Below are positions 40,760 through 54,385 of a stretch of 64,000 nt of DNA, in pieces. This stretch comes from Paraphysomonas bandaiensis. Taxonomy: Eukaryota > Protista > Chrysophyceae. Position numbers and translations under genes: made by a program. The first letter of the stretch is position 1. Each line of letters opens with the position of its first letter. The stretch covers positions 124,001 through 188,000 of the forward strand of contig CBFFRP010000397.1 of NCBI GenBank assembly GCA_965644295.1. Reading direction: 5' to 3'. The notes beneath the pieces are model-generated. The model ran no database searches, was not told the origin of the DNA, and worked only from the letters and a program-made list of their open reading frames with translations.

Positions 40760-42198
40760 ATGTCTGAAGAAGGGCAAGCAAATAATCAACAACATTTCTC
40801 TACAGATCTCTTACGTGTATATTATGGACGTCTCTTTCCATATGAATCTCTATTTAACTGGCTATCGTATGGAAATGATCCTAACAGAGATATTAATGTG
40901 ATCGATAAGACATTTTTTTCACGTAGAGAGTTTTCTTTTACTATTGAAGATGATATATATATACGATATCAGAGTTATCGTGATTTATCAGAGTTCACTG
41001 CAGCCATACAGAAACGACAGCCACATAAGATTGATATAGGAGCTGTATTTAATTTACCACCCAAAGATCATAATACTGTTAAAGCTGAAAATTTCAAAAC
41101 TATGGAACGTGAGCTTGTGTTCGATATAGATATGACAGATTATGATGATATCAGAACCTGTTGCAGTGGAGCCAACATTTGTGCTAAATGTTGGCCCTAC
41201 ATGACTATGGCTTTGAAGGTGGTGGATCAAATACTTCGAGAGGACTTCGGGTTTCGACATATTCTCTGGATATACTCTGGACGACGTGGTATTCACTGCT
41301 GGGTTTGCGATAAGTCTGCTCGAGAGCTCGAGAATGATGCGCGCTCAGCTGTTGTCCAGTACATGTCTGTGGAGACGTCCGTTAATGATGACAGTAGTAA
41401 AAAGACCAAACAATTTAGCACTCCATTTCACCCAATGATCAGGCGTGCATATGAAACTCTAGAGCCTTTCTTCAGATCTTGCATTGCCGATGAGACCGGT
41501 CAAGGGCTTCTTGGCTCCAAAAACTCTTGCATTAGGGTACTCAACACCCTGCCATTTGAGGCTATTCGAAAGGAGCTGTATAATGCCTGGGAAAAAAATT
41601 CTGAATTGACTGGGGCTGAAAAATGGGATCAAATAAAAGAAGCTACAACTTTACGACATGATGACTCTAAGAAACACCGCAAGGTTAACTACTCTGAACT
41701 GGAAGCCTGGCGAGTGGAGCTCGTGTTACACCACTGTTACCCCAGACTGGATGCAAACGTGTCCAAAGCACAAAACCATTTGTTGAAAAGTCCATTCTGC
41801 GTGCATCCGAAGACAGGACGTGTGTGTGTTCCTATCGATCCGGAGAAGGCAGAGGAGTTCGACCCCACCCTCGTACCCACCGTGCGAGTGTTGTGCGACC
41901 AGGTCGACGCCTTCGAGAAGAACAACGAAGGTGGGGCGTCAGATACTCCTGACTACCAGAAAACTTCGCTGAGAGATGCCATTGAATGCTTTGAGAGGAC
42001 ATTCATGCAGTCACTCTGGGCGTCTATCAGGTAGGACGACATCGTGTGTTATATCTGTGTAGAAGAACATATCAGTGCATGAGTGATGTGTGTACGTAGA
42101 GAAGACCGTGAATTATGTACTATATGTGATGTGGTTTCTGCAGGCGCGACTTTAGGAACGAGACAGAAAAAATATCAGCTTCAACTGGAGATTTTTAG
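40760..42198 (+). CDS. PRIM1: DNA primase small (catalytic) subunit
   Basis: RREFSFT, KIDIGA, ELVFDIDMTDYD, YSGRRGIHCW and HLLKSPFCVHPKTG motifs; one 3' intron (42031-42143). Confidence 0.98.
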
Positions 42199-42744
42199 TG
42201 TGTGGAAGTTAGTTGTCAATGCGGTGGGTCCGCAATCTATATTTTTGTCATCCAATGTGGTGCCCTTGCTATGTAGTAGACGAATGTAAAATAATAAACC
42301 ATTGCACACGACATCGGACTTCTAGAAAGCCGTATAAAAATTACTGATTCAAAACGTTGACTATGGCGTGAATGGTAAATGGTAGCATGGTAGCGCATGT
42401 GCACGGCAGATTCAAGTTGTTTTGCACTTCAGAATGAACTCATTGTGTGGTTGGGTATGCTGTAGTCTGTAGAATACACCAAACTCCATTTTTAAACAAT
42501 ATTTGAATTCGTATGGGAACTTCGTAGCATTGCGGATATTGTTCACTTGACTAGTGGCATTGGTAATACGAAGTAAAGCCTACGGCAGTGTTTCATTTGG
42601 CCGCAAAGAATAGACTTAAACCTCAACGTAACACAGAATATTGACACTAATCGGACCACTTATTATATGTATTATAAGATGATACAGTATTGAATAGTAA
42701 ATCAATGATACAAATAGGAGAGCTGCCATTACACTACGTAACAA

Positions 42745-45201
42745 CTAGGGAAGCGCCATTCTCATCTTGCATCTCTGCCTAAATATGTCATCTCTGTTGT
42801 CCTCTCTATCGTGATCGTCGTCGTCATCATAGTCATCTATGTCACCAAACCCCCTTTTCGATCCTGCCATTAGTATATCCCCCGTTCCTTCGGTCTGCCG
42901 CAGGGTATCCTCACCACCTGCTTGCCTGTCTTCGTCCGTAACAGGGCGTGGTGGAAGAACAGTCTTCTTAAGTTGGTCTAGGTAGGCATCGACATCGGGT
43001 GGTGGGCCAGTATGTGCCGGAAGACGGGAGAGAAGGTCACGGAGAAAAATAGGCACTCCCACCATGCCAGCATCGTGTGTATCCTGGTCCCTCCTTTTGC
43101 GCCTTCCTCCACCCCCAGCGGTTTCCATTAGATTAGACATGCGCTCATCCTCACGGCGAGAAACCTCTTCTAAATATGCTGTGCCACGACACCGGTTGCG
43201 TAGAGCAGCGTCTGCACTAGGCAGACACGAGACAATTCCAGCACACCGCGAAAATATATCTTCTGCTGGATCAAATATATCGAAGGGAGGCTCTTCTGAC
43301 CTATTACCACTGTGATCTTCCAAAGCTCTTTGCAGAGCTCTGATGCGGTCCCGGAGAGAAGATAGTCGGGCAACATCACTCAAACCCAGTTGCAGTTCTG
43401 CTGCAAGTAGGTCCTCCCACAGAATCAGCTGCTCCTGTCCACTGAATCCACCCGCTGCTTTATGTCGCTGGCCGGATGACCCAATAGCGCTTCCCTCAAT
43501 GGCCCCAGCCGCACCTAGAGCTGTTTGTACTACCCAACGGAGCTGCTGCAGATCTCCCAGTCGCACTAGAACGCGTATCATAAGCCGTAAGAAAGGAACA
43601 GAGTGGCAGTACGTAGGGTGTCGCTCTCGAGCAGCCTCTAGTACCCGCAAAGCTACATCCGGTTCGCCATTCACCTCCAGTTCGACTAGGGCATGCGCGG
43701 TGTACGCCTGCCACAAGCACCGGTCACAAAAGAAAGAAACCCACGAAGTTGACATACCCACCTCACAACCTAATACACCGTCTTTCCTCATAGAAAGTGT
43801 CTCGGAAAAGAGCCGGCGGGCCGCTACTTTGCCATCCCTCCTACGGGTCACTCGCTGTAAAAGAGCAAAGGTAAAGGCGCTCGGCACACGGTCGAAGGCA
43901 CTCTTCAGCACTTCATAAGCAGCATCAATGCTGTTATGCTGTTCCTCAAATTCAGCCATCTCCGCCCATAAGGTGGGAACCTGTGGAAGGACAGAGAGAG
44001 ATTCTTTGAGCACGGCCCTTGCCTCTGTCTGTCCCGCCGTCCGCAACTCGTAGCTGTGCAAATAATGCATGTAAGACAAATTACATTAAAGAAAAAGCGA
44101 TTACGTACCGTGCATACGCCATCCACACCTCGGGGTGTAATCTAAAGCAGCAGAGAAAGCTACATAGCAACAGTGAGACAAAGAACCAAGACTAAAGTAG
44201 TACACATTCAAAAAGCCTCACCGATCGAACATCATTCTCATGTAGCTCCTATGTCGGTCATCTGAAAGACCATCTGGGTTACTCATTTCATACCTCACCC
44301 ATCGATTCCAAAGGTCCAACTGCTGCAGCTCGGTAAGAGAGCCTTCCTCCACAGGAGGTATAGCAATACGATTTAGATCAATCTTGGAACTGGCTTTTTT
44401 CCTCGCTTTATACGTCTCTCTGGCGCTCTGGTTTCGCGGACGAAACTCAGGCAATAGCTGAGTGGCGAGATGCTCTCCTGCCCGCATCTCCAGTTCCTCA
44501 TACTCCTTCCAGTACTGTTCCAGATCCTCCATTGGGTTACATATGGCGCGCTGATATATCTCACGCAAGGCTGTGAGTCTTCTGCCAGCATCAAGAGCAC
44601 CGCCCTCAGGCCAAGACTGCACGAACTCAATGTACCGCCGCCATATCGAGCTTGAGTCGGCACACATACCCACATTGTCTAAGGCACGCTCATAAGCGGC
44701 ATCTAAATTCCGCTTCGCATTGCCATATTGCTCCGAATGGGGGGGGTTCAAATCTATAGTCCTTCGTTGAACGAAGGTGAGGTATATATTCCACAGGTCC
44801 ACATTCCGACACTTCGGCAGACATTTACGGAACACCTCCTCACATGCCTGAACATCACCCGTCTCTATATGATATTCCACAAGTTTCTTCCATAAATTAG
44901 CTGCACGTGGAAATTGTGTAGTAGCTTGTGTGTATATCTCCAGTCTAGTGGCCTCACCACCACGCCCTTGTTCAATCTCTTGTATGAGCACTTGCCATGA
45001 ACTCACATCCCAACAATCATCTGATACAGCTTTTTTTGCATCTAAATAATCAGGTGATTCATATATTTGTTTGTTATTTGATGATAATGCATTATCTGTT
45101 TGTTGGGGTGGTAGGAAGGAGTTGCTATCAGGCCCCAGCTCTTCATCCTCTTCTGAGCTATCACTCTCTAAGTTAAGTAATACAGGTGCTCCTGTGTTCA
45201 T
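42745..45201 (-). CDS. CSTF3: Cleavage stimulation factor 77-kDa subunit (Rna14/Su(f)), HAT repeats
   Basis: HAT repeats (QFPRAANLW, CRNVDLWNIYL, YQRAICNPMEDLEQYWKEYE, WVRYEMSNP) and the C-terminal DIFRQR motif. Confidence 0.88.
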
Positions 45202-45912
45202 ATGTATCGTTATAATGCTCAAGTAATGAGAGTTATGCAATAGATTAACACTTGAAGAGGTGGAGACGGCTGTTTATATATAACTACTGAAGATTACAAG
45301 GTGCATATCGTGCATGCATATACATACACATACATACATACACACATACTGCTGTACCATACACACATACTGCTGTGTACAGCAGCTCATAGAGTGTGTG
45401 TGTGTTGTGATGGTGTACATGGACAGCAGTATATTATCACAGAATACAGTGGAATACATACCCCACAAAATACATATACATAGAAAAAATTCGACCTTTT
45501 TTACATTTTTTACGAAATTTTTAACAAAATTCAAAAAATATATGCAAAAAAAGAAAAGAAAATCTATATACACATCATCATCAGCAGTTCGTGGAGCAGA
45601 TGTGCATATGTATGTATGGAGTGTATCTGTACATATATTTTCAGTGCAAAGATGCTCTATTTAATTAATAATCTCACCTCATAGCAGTTCATAACAGTGT
45701 TGTGTATAAGTTAATCAAAGGAATAATATATTTAACGATCAAGTATATTTTACTACAAAGAAAAATCATTATTTCATTGCAGTGACACGTTGCATGTCTA
45801 TCTACATTGATATATATATTTCTTCTTGACAGTAGAAGTGCATATCGATATCAGTGTTTGTTAATCAAAGTTTTACTGTTCCACTAAATTAATATTTTGA
45901 TTCGTGTTGTAA

Positions 45913-46377
45913 ATGAGCTCCTCATCTAGACCGAAGTCAAGTTTATTTAAAAATGGGGATATTCCGACCATTGATCTTCGCAATGTGCTTTTGAAGGGTT
46001 TCCTAACCAAAGAAGGTGGTAGTTGGAAAACATGGCGAAGGAGATTTTTCGTTCTTTCTGTAGATGGAGTATTAAATTATTTTGAAGATGAAACAATGGC
46101 CAAACCTAAAGGCTCACTTAACTGTCGCGATGCTGAGGTACACCCTCTCACTGAACAAGGAGATTTATATTTTGAAATCGCGACTGAGGTGTTCAAGTCG
46201 GACTCTGGACGTCGTCTTAAGCTGTTAGCCGAAAGTGAAGAGCAAATTTTTGAATGGGTACAGGCTATTCGGGCTGTGTCTTGCTTATACGGAGATTCAA
46301 CTCCTTCTACTTCTAATGCTGGTGAGGGTACATCAATACCAGACTATAATGATGTGGATTCAGATCCTCTTTGCTGA
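45913..46377 (+). CDS. PH-domain protein
   Basis: LKGFLTKEGGSWKTWRRRFFVL...LLAESEEQIFEWVQAI. Confidence 0.92.
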   Translation: MSSSSRPKSSLFKNGDIPTIDLRNVLLKGFLTKEGGSWKTWRRRFFVLSVDGVLNYFEDETMAKPKGSLNCRDAEVHPLTEQGDLYFEIATEVFKSDSGRRLKLLAESEEQIFEWVQAIRAVSCLYGDSTPSTSNAGEGTSIPDYNDVDSDPLC

Positions 46378-48097
46378 GTCGGATATATGTGTAAAGTGTA
46401 TATGTAGTTTGGTACGTATGAACATAATAGCGTAGACTTAAGAGTATTCCAGCTAATATATCCTAAGCGCATGTCATAAGAGTCATAATAATACGACTAT
46501 CAATGACAATTCATGAGTAATGAACAGTGCTGTGGGTCTTAAGATGAGAAGAGGTAGACTATTCTCTCTAGAATTAACGAATCAATTGTCGTATTTGTGG
46601 CTTGCAGGTCCATAAACCTTTGTTCTGCGAATCAACCCTATATACGTATACACGTATACCCATACATACTGAGACCACATTACTATACTATCTACTATTC
46701 TAGACGAAAAATGTAATATTCGTAAGGATTCGACTACGTCATATATATCGTACTGTTATAATGTACTGCGACATTCTGAACTGAAATAATTCTAACCGCT
46801 AAGTATAGCACGTTTTTTATTCCACCTCAGCCGTGTACTAAGTAGTCAGCATTCAGCATCGCCTAAGTACTAACAATCAGTATGCTACCTTGGATTTTAG
46901 CTACATTCTTTTCCATCGCAACAAAAAAACTTATATGTGCTCTCTTGCTGTATCTAATTGGTACCATAACTTTTCTGCGTTCAAGAATTACAATATATTT
47001 GTATATTTATGACTCAATCAACGGATTTCCCCGTGGCTTTTGTGGCTAATGAAAACTGATAGATTTCATAAAGCATTACAGCCATAGAAAAGACATTTTC
47101 CTACTGTAGTATAAAGAGGACTGCTGATTTGTACAAGAAATTGCAGTGCAAGGCCTTCAATAGAATAATATGGAACACTACATACACTAATTTACACTAT
47201 AATAATACAAAGTTACTTACATTTAAACATAATCATTACTATTTAAACAACAAAACTCTTGCATAAGTAAACTATACGATTAAACATTACTTCCTTCTGG
47301 TATGAATCCCATAATCTTTCGGAAGTTTTATCTTGTTATGCGCTCTAGGCTGAAGTTGTAGCAGCATACTCCGACTTCTTATTGTCGTCGTTATCGTCCT
47401 ATTTAGTAATATCAACCTGTTCGCGCTATTTTCAAGTCTAAGACATCATCGCACTCACAATGAGTGAATAGTATACGTCTTATGGATAGCTTTGCATCTT
47501 TACTACAATAGATAAACACTATTTAATGACACCCAAATACGCTCAATGATATTTCTTAAAGTAACAAGCACCTCACTCTTTTGGTATGGTAACGCATTTC
47601 ACGATAAAAGGTTAAACCAAACCTACAGTACATAGAGCAATCTATGATATATCTGCACGGTCATATCTGCCTGTCTATAGATAGATACACATGGATATCT
47701 GCAGATCCGTTTCAGATTTGGTATGAATATATCTGTATATGTACAGCAGTACAGGTAGACAGGTACATTATGGATATATCCTACAGCAGTACAGTATCCG
47801 TATATTGCATAGAGGAGTGGATAGTTTTTTTTTTGTATTTCTTTTGATTTTCTTGTTGCTACATACACACAGCAGCACTATATATACGCATACATACACA
47901 TACACACAGCAGCATATATACATATACGCATACATACACATACACACAGCAGCAGACAGCACTCGGTATATACTCCAACTCTACCACCCCAGCATTGCTA
48001 AACACATCTGAGTCATCATAATCCAACTCAAACACAATAAGAGTGAAGGATATAATCATTACCTATTACTTCACATTCAATTTACTTATAAAACAAT

Positions 48098-49881
48098 ATG
48101 AGTCAAGAACAAAAAGAGAGTTTGAATGAACCTGCTAAACTATTGCTACTAGTAAGACGATTAGAATCTAGCATACATCCTTTAATCATAATTAAATAAT
48201 AGGCTGCATTATTAGCAAAGGATCATATTATTAGCAATAATGCAAAAGCATTTTTGAAGGGTATATTCATGAGATAGACTATACATATATATATATACTG
48301 ATTGTATGTATATACAGAATTGATATTGAGACGTGATACAAGAATTATTCAACTCTTAAAAAAATTTGAATCAAAAGAAGCAGGCGACACGACATTTCTG
48401 GATCATATTCACGATTTGATTGAAGACGAGGCACATGCAGTTTTTAATGAATTATTTTCTGATACCAGTTTGGAGGTTGGGAAAACTCTGTCGAAGGAAG
48501 AGCGCGATCAGAAATCCCTGCAAGACGAAAAGGTTAGATAAGCTTATGATTAGCGTGTATACAAACTGAGAGTGATATATTTACAGTCTCTTATTTATGG
48601 GGAGGTAGATTTTCACTCTTTTTATCGCGTCTTACGTAAGATTAATCCCTCTCCGGGCGGCGTTTTTTACGACCTCGGAAGCGGTACTGGCAAGGCTGTT
48701 TTTGCCGCCAGATTCGTGTGTGATTTCTCACGGTGTATTGGTATTGAAGTACTGGAATCTTTACACCAGCAGGCGGCTGGGATTGTGCACAGGTAATACA
48801 TTCCATGCCATATCTGTGGGCTATCTCGCGGATATTACTTCAGTGTGTTACTTTTGCAGTTTCTGACATGCTAACATAATTTTTGATGGGGTAGATACAA
48901 TGAAGACTTCCAGGAGTATCTAACGGCAGGAATGCATCAGATGGCTAACGTTTATGCGGTAAATACTTCTTTTGTATTGTTATTTACAACTGTTTGCTTA
49001 TTATTAACATAGGGCTCCTTTTTGGACTATGATTGGTCTGATGGAGATGTTGTGTTCGCAAATTCTACGTGTTATGATGATCAGCTTATGGCTGACATGG
49101 GCGAGGTAAATATTGTTGTGCTGCTGTGTGCAAGGTATTTTTGTGATGTATATATGAAGAAGTTGTATCCGGTGAAGTAGAAATGTTTATTTTCTGTGGA
49201 ATATTGGAATGTGTCGGAGCACGTTGACTGATCTCTCACGTTTCTAATAAAATTATGCAGATGGCAAAGTCTTTGAAGCCGGGTGCTATATTCGTAACAT
49301 TTACTAAAGGTCTGAATCTTCCAGACTTTTTCGAGCTCGTCGAAAGAAAGAGGTATAGGATGAGTTGGGGACCTGCGACCGTATTCATCCATCGCCGACT
49401 GGGGGATGACGGCAGACCCTGCGGACCTTTTAAATTAAATCTTCTCCCATCAGATGACAAGAACTACTCGGATGATGAGGGAGGCAATAAGTGGTCTAAC
49501 GACGAGGACGACGAGGAAGAATCGGATGATGACTATGAAGATGATTACGAGGATGAGGACGATGGGATTGAAGCAGAGGACGAAGAAGAAGATGAGCCCT
49601 ATGCGCCTCAGAGATCGTATTACGATACTTCATCTTCTAGTAATAATGGCACCGCTGCTGCAAACCCATTGGAACTCAAAGTTACCCCACTCATGAGTAA
49701 GTGAATTGCATATGTCTACTTTGTTACTACAGATGATATTAATGTTGCGTATTTGTGAATAGAATTTCAACAACGCCAGGCGGCTACTGCTGGACTTCCG
49801 TCTGGATTGGGCAGTCCTCAGGATGTTGCCCTGCTCAGACGAAAGAACCGCTCTGCAGCCAATCGTTCATCCAATATGTGA
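48098..49881 (+). CDS. Class I SAM-dependent methyltransferase (DOT1-like) with acidic tail
   Basis: YGEVDF, FYDLGSGTGK, CIGIE, VVFANSTC and MSWGPATVF motifs; multi-exon. Confidence 0.82.
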
Positions 49882-50483
49882 TCACTCAGTAGCAAGTGTC
49901 GAATTCAAGTGGCTGTTATTATTGTTGGGCGTTAGTGCTTAGAAGGTTAAGTTCTTATGTCTGGTGGATACGTTGACAGATTTCTTGTGAATGTCGTGAA
50001 TGACCAAGTAATTATTAGGTATGATAGCTATTTAAACCATACGTTGCTGTTGTGGTTGGTCTTTAGTCCTTCTAAGCTGGAATTCTAATGTCTTTGTGAC
50101 TGATCTTGTTTGCGTGTCTGAATGACTGTGTGCATTAGAAATAACGAAAACATTCATCAGTCTGTTACAGCCAGTATCATATTTAAAATTGAATGCCTAG
50201 TAGCTATTCAAAACCTGTTTCTGTCAGTAATGAGTGGTTTATGGAGTTATTAAATTACATAGTAACCAAGGATGAGAAGTAGCTAGCCGTCTTAGTTAGT
50301 AGTCGGGTAAGTCTAGCGTTGTAAAGTATCTGTGCAACTCCTCACTCAATATTACCTGTACAAATGGAAGATAACAGCTAATAGGTGAGAGTGATCCTCA
50401 ACAGGCTGGCGTAGCAATTAATTGGTGAGAGGTATCGAACAACGATAACAATTGAAACTATTAATCGTTAATCGGGCGTACGA

Positions 50484-51640
50484 TTATTGGCATTGTAAAT
50501 AATTGATAATTGGCAATAATAGCCAATAAAATGCCTTCAATTCTATTGCTGGCTTTTGAATAGCTTTCTGAACTACTATTTCATCCCAAAGATGCCTATT
50601 ATGTGCACACAGAAACATTAATATTTCAAGTTGTCTAGGTTTTATTCGCATGCGATAATCAGTCATTACAATCATTGCACTGCTAAACAATTAGCAACCC
50701 GTCACAACCATTGGCAGTTTGTTGTGCGTGCTTTCCTGCACGTTCGGTCATCTTCATCGACTTCACCTTCGTCTGCAGGTACATCACATTTATCAAAAAG
50801 CATCTGTGATTTTCAGCGCGGTTCAATTCGTCGTCCATACCACGCTGAATCTTAACTACTGCTTACTCGAAGCTGAATTTTGAACAATGTCTGCATCTGT
50901 AGCCAGGTGGAATTTTATCCCGGCATATTGACGAATTAAACCATCGAATTGTACCCGGGCATCAATCAGATTAAGCTATTTGACCACAAAAGTTAACAGA
51001 CAATTCTAAACTATTCTGATGATACGAAAGTGCCCCTATATACTGACTGAAATTATCCACTTTGCTTAATCGCAAGACATCAAAAATAGAATCACACCCA
51101 CGCAGATGCGTGTGGACAATACCATATACCCCTGGATCGTATAATACAATAAACTCTATTGGGAGCTCTTTAGTTCAGCAGGTAATAGTTTGTTATTTCC
51201 ACTGGCATAGATGGACAGGGTTATCCACCAGTTGCAATAAACTTCATGACAGCTAGGTTTAAGTTGTGCGTCCTCAACAAAGTCGTTCTGCAGGATAAGT
51301 ACCGGAGATATTTCTCCCATATATATATATATGTGAGCCTCATATATAATCAGCAGATATAGTTCTGCCCACTTATAGCCAAATGCTTGTGTGGTACTAA
51401 ACAGCTTTGGACCATGACAAATAAACAGGTATCCGGGAATGGGTCCACCGCAAGGGAACCCGTGGTTTTGGGCTGCACTATAAATTTTTGTGTGGGCAAC
51501 CAATTCAAGGTACTGTGCGCCACATAACTGTTCAATGAAAGATACGGATCACCAAAAACATCCAGTGCAGTAGAAGTTCAATTCCATTAACTATAACATT
51601 AACTATAACTCATCAAAAGAAAATATCTGTTGTTCTGCTG
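50484..51640 (-). mobile_element. hAT transposase relic with an embedded family X fragment (51292-51398)
   Basis: FSSAMIVMTDYRMRIKPRQLEILMFLCAHNRHLWD, FE*AVVKIQRG and IGCPH-like segments, interrupted by stops and frameshifts. Confidence 0.7.
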
Positions 51641-52282
51641 CAAAAAACTATATTGGAAATTCATTATCCGATCGTTGTGGAGATGCTCAGTTTGTTTCTT
51701 GACAACGATATTCAACATGATATTACTTTTGTGTGCTGAAGTTAAGGTGTATACTGATCCTTATACCTTATACTGTCACACAGTTATGATTTATAATGAT
51801 GACGTGACTGTGCACATACATACTAATTCTTCTACGCTCTCAAATAGTATCAATGATCAGATGATCAGTAGCTGCACAGCTCAGGGTGCTACGTATTTCA
51901 GTACTATAGGTATGTTTTCATTTACTATAGTTGGACGGATGTAACGTGGAGTTGACAAACCAAGCACAGAAGAATCAATAACAATTATGCTACTATAACC
52001 ACCCCTGGAAAGAAACTATTCGCGAAATTATGAAAGAAACACATCAAACCACAATTACTATCGTCAAAACTCTTTCGATTATATCATAATCTTATGAATA
52101 ACTCTATCTTTATTCACAATTGTGAATACACTGTGGCATTTTAGCCGATGCTAATAACGCACATCTATATGTGTACGATGCACGGTAGAATTATTCAACT
52201 CAACAAGATGTCAATAAATACATACCTACATAACTCTATATCATACTATACTAATCAAAAATAATCATCCTCATAATGCTGT

Positions 52283-52570
52283 CTATCTACTAGTTCGAAA
52301 TCTCTTGGATGATCTGCCGTATGCAGGTTTGTGGAGATCATTCACCACATCAGTAAGAGCATAAACTTGTTTTTCGACAGGTGATGTTCTTCTTTTATTT
52401 GAAGAGAAACATGTAAAATATCTAGATATTCCTTTATCACGCTTACGTCGTTCATCATCGACTGGTTTCATCATATTCACATTTCGTGAATTAGGACACT
52501 GCTTCACTCCATGATTACTGAAGAATGCAGGCTGTGGAAGTGGTGGATATTCAACAACAGTTATAGTCAT
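52283..52570 (-). CDS. Orphan 95-aa basic microprotein (paralog A)
   Basis: Shares ordered motifs with 54962-55255 (EYxP, MMxPVxD, IxRxFxC, KRRTSPxE). Confidence 0.65.
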   Translation of the reverse strand: MTITVVEYPPLPQPAFFSNHGVKQCPNSRNVNMMKPVDDERRKRDKGISRYFTCFSSNKRRTSPVEKQVYALTDVVNDLHKPAYGRSSKRFRTSR

Positions 52571-52647
52571 GAATAAACTTGTGAATATAATAACACTACT
52601 CACAAGTCTCACTTGAAAATTGTGGTTGTCATTCTATTCTCTCTCTC

Positions 52648-52683
52648 TATGTATGTATGTATGTATGTATGTATGTATGTATG
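52648..52683. repeat. (TATG)n microsatellite
   Basis: About nine units read directly. Confidence 0.9.
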
Positions 52684-53721
52684 GTAATTGCATTCTGCAT
52701 AGCAATATGGACACAGGCGTTTGTAGCCAATGAATGGTGGATATGACTACTTCATTTGTTATGAACAGATGGAAAAGTAGGTAAGAATATCGAATTCTAT
52801 GAAATTTTTGTAAGTATGTTCTGACTGGTACTGTGAGACGTGAATACTACAGCAGTACATACATGTATATACCATATATACTGTACCTTGTAGTACTGTA
52901 GTACATGACATGGAAGTGGACATGCAATTACATATTGTTGAAGTGGAGGTATGACAGCTTCCTCAACAGTTTCTAGTGCCTGTGTTGTGCACTATAGTTG
53001 CTATGACGCAGTCGCCAATGTGGATAGATAATGCAGAGATTGAACAGTTGTGATTAACTGGTTATTTACAATGATTTAAGATCAAACGAGAGATGTTAAA
53101 CAGAATGGCGGCGAGGTTTACACTGTGGTAATATATGAAGTCACGTAGTTATTCTTAGTGCATAACGCAAACTCAAAGAAGCCTCACATGTCGTGCTTTT
53201 AAGCAGTAGAAAGGAGATGTCAAGATCATATTAAGCCTGAACACAAGTATTATGTATTATAAAATTCATTTATCTGTTTTATTAATCATCGATAGGAATT
53301 ATAGATTAATAACTGGACACAATTTTTATCATTCGTTGACATACTATAGCTACTCCACAGTCGGATCACTACCGTAATCGTATACAGTTGCATTGCCCTA
53401 CCTTCGCAATAATAGCCACTAGAAAATCAAATAGCTATTATCTCATTCAGCAAGATGTCTGGCATGTATAGTAATTGAAAAATGACTAGGTGATGGTGAA
53501 GTTGATAACAGTGCTAGAGCATTTAGTGAATCTACTTCGATTGTTTGGTCTACTACTTAATAGAACATCAAATAAAGTTAAAAACAGATATACTGTAATG
53601 AGAATCTACAATTCACAATGAGGATATTCTGTCGACTGTACGTGCTCATAAATTGTTTACTTACTCTCACACAAATTTAATAAATAGTATAGTGAAACTA
53701 ATGTCTTGTTGAATTTCGTGA

Positions 53722-53950
53722 GATGCTTTACACGGCAATGATACTAGTCATCAATTCGAGGTTACATGGAACTCTGTGTACAGTCAGGATTCACTTCAGG
53801 TACCATGGTATCTCTTGGCTGGAAATCACGACCACTATGGTAATGTATCTGCTGAGGTCGCCTTTACGGAGATCTCTGATCAGTGGAACTTTCCTAGTCC
53901 TTCAAGTCTGAGGATGGTACAACTATGGGCGTTGTTTTCATTGACGTATG
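53722..53950 (+). pseudogene. Purple acid phosphatase (ACP5/TRAP-like) fragment
   Basis: [22 protein letters not shown]...QWNFPSP, then out-of-frame GVVFIDV; the N-terminal GD motifs were not found. Confidence 0.75.
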
Positions 53951-54026
53951 ACAAGATGCAGTTGATATAATATATAAAATATAATGTATAGAGTAGCGTT
54001 GAGTGCGTCTAATATGCGCAATAAAT

Positions 54027-54385
54027 GCCCCATTCCGAGGACATGGCCATATTGTAGGCTGACTGGTGCACCACCTATAACACCGAGGTATAGTACTGGT
54101 TCTACCACCCGACTACTTTGTAGCTGTCCGCATAGATAAGGCGCAGATTCTGTTTCCGCCCCACCGTATAGGTCCAGTGTGCTAGTGTGACATCGGCCGC
54201 TTCCCCCCCCTCACCTAGAATGCGTGGGGTTACTCGAAATCTCATATAGTGTAGATCTAGCTAGAGCTTTCTTGGTGTCAACACACAACGAATACGCTGA
54301 GATTTTTATTAATAATCTATACGTTACTTAGCTTAGTCAACACTAGTACTTCATTATTCACTAGGGTACGCTCTCGGAATGGGGC
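54027..54385. mobile_element. 359-bp MITE with 13-bp TIRs and AAT TSD
   Basis: gccccattccgag ... ctcggaatggggc, flanked by aat at 54024-54026 and 54386-54388. Confidence 0.82.

Noticed and set aside
43064-43918. Long plus-strand ORFs opposite CSTF3 (similar cases opposite the MFS and PTR genes)
   Set aside because: Antisense shadows of GC-richer coding exons.
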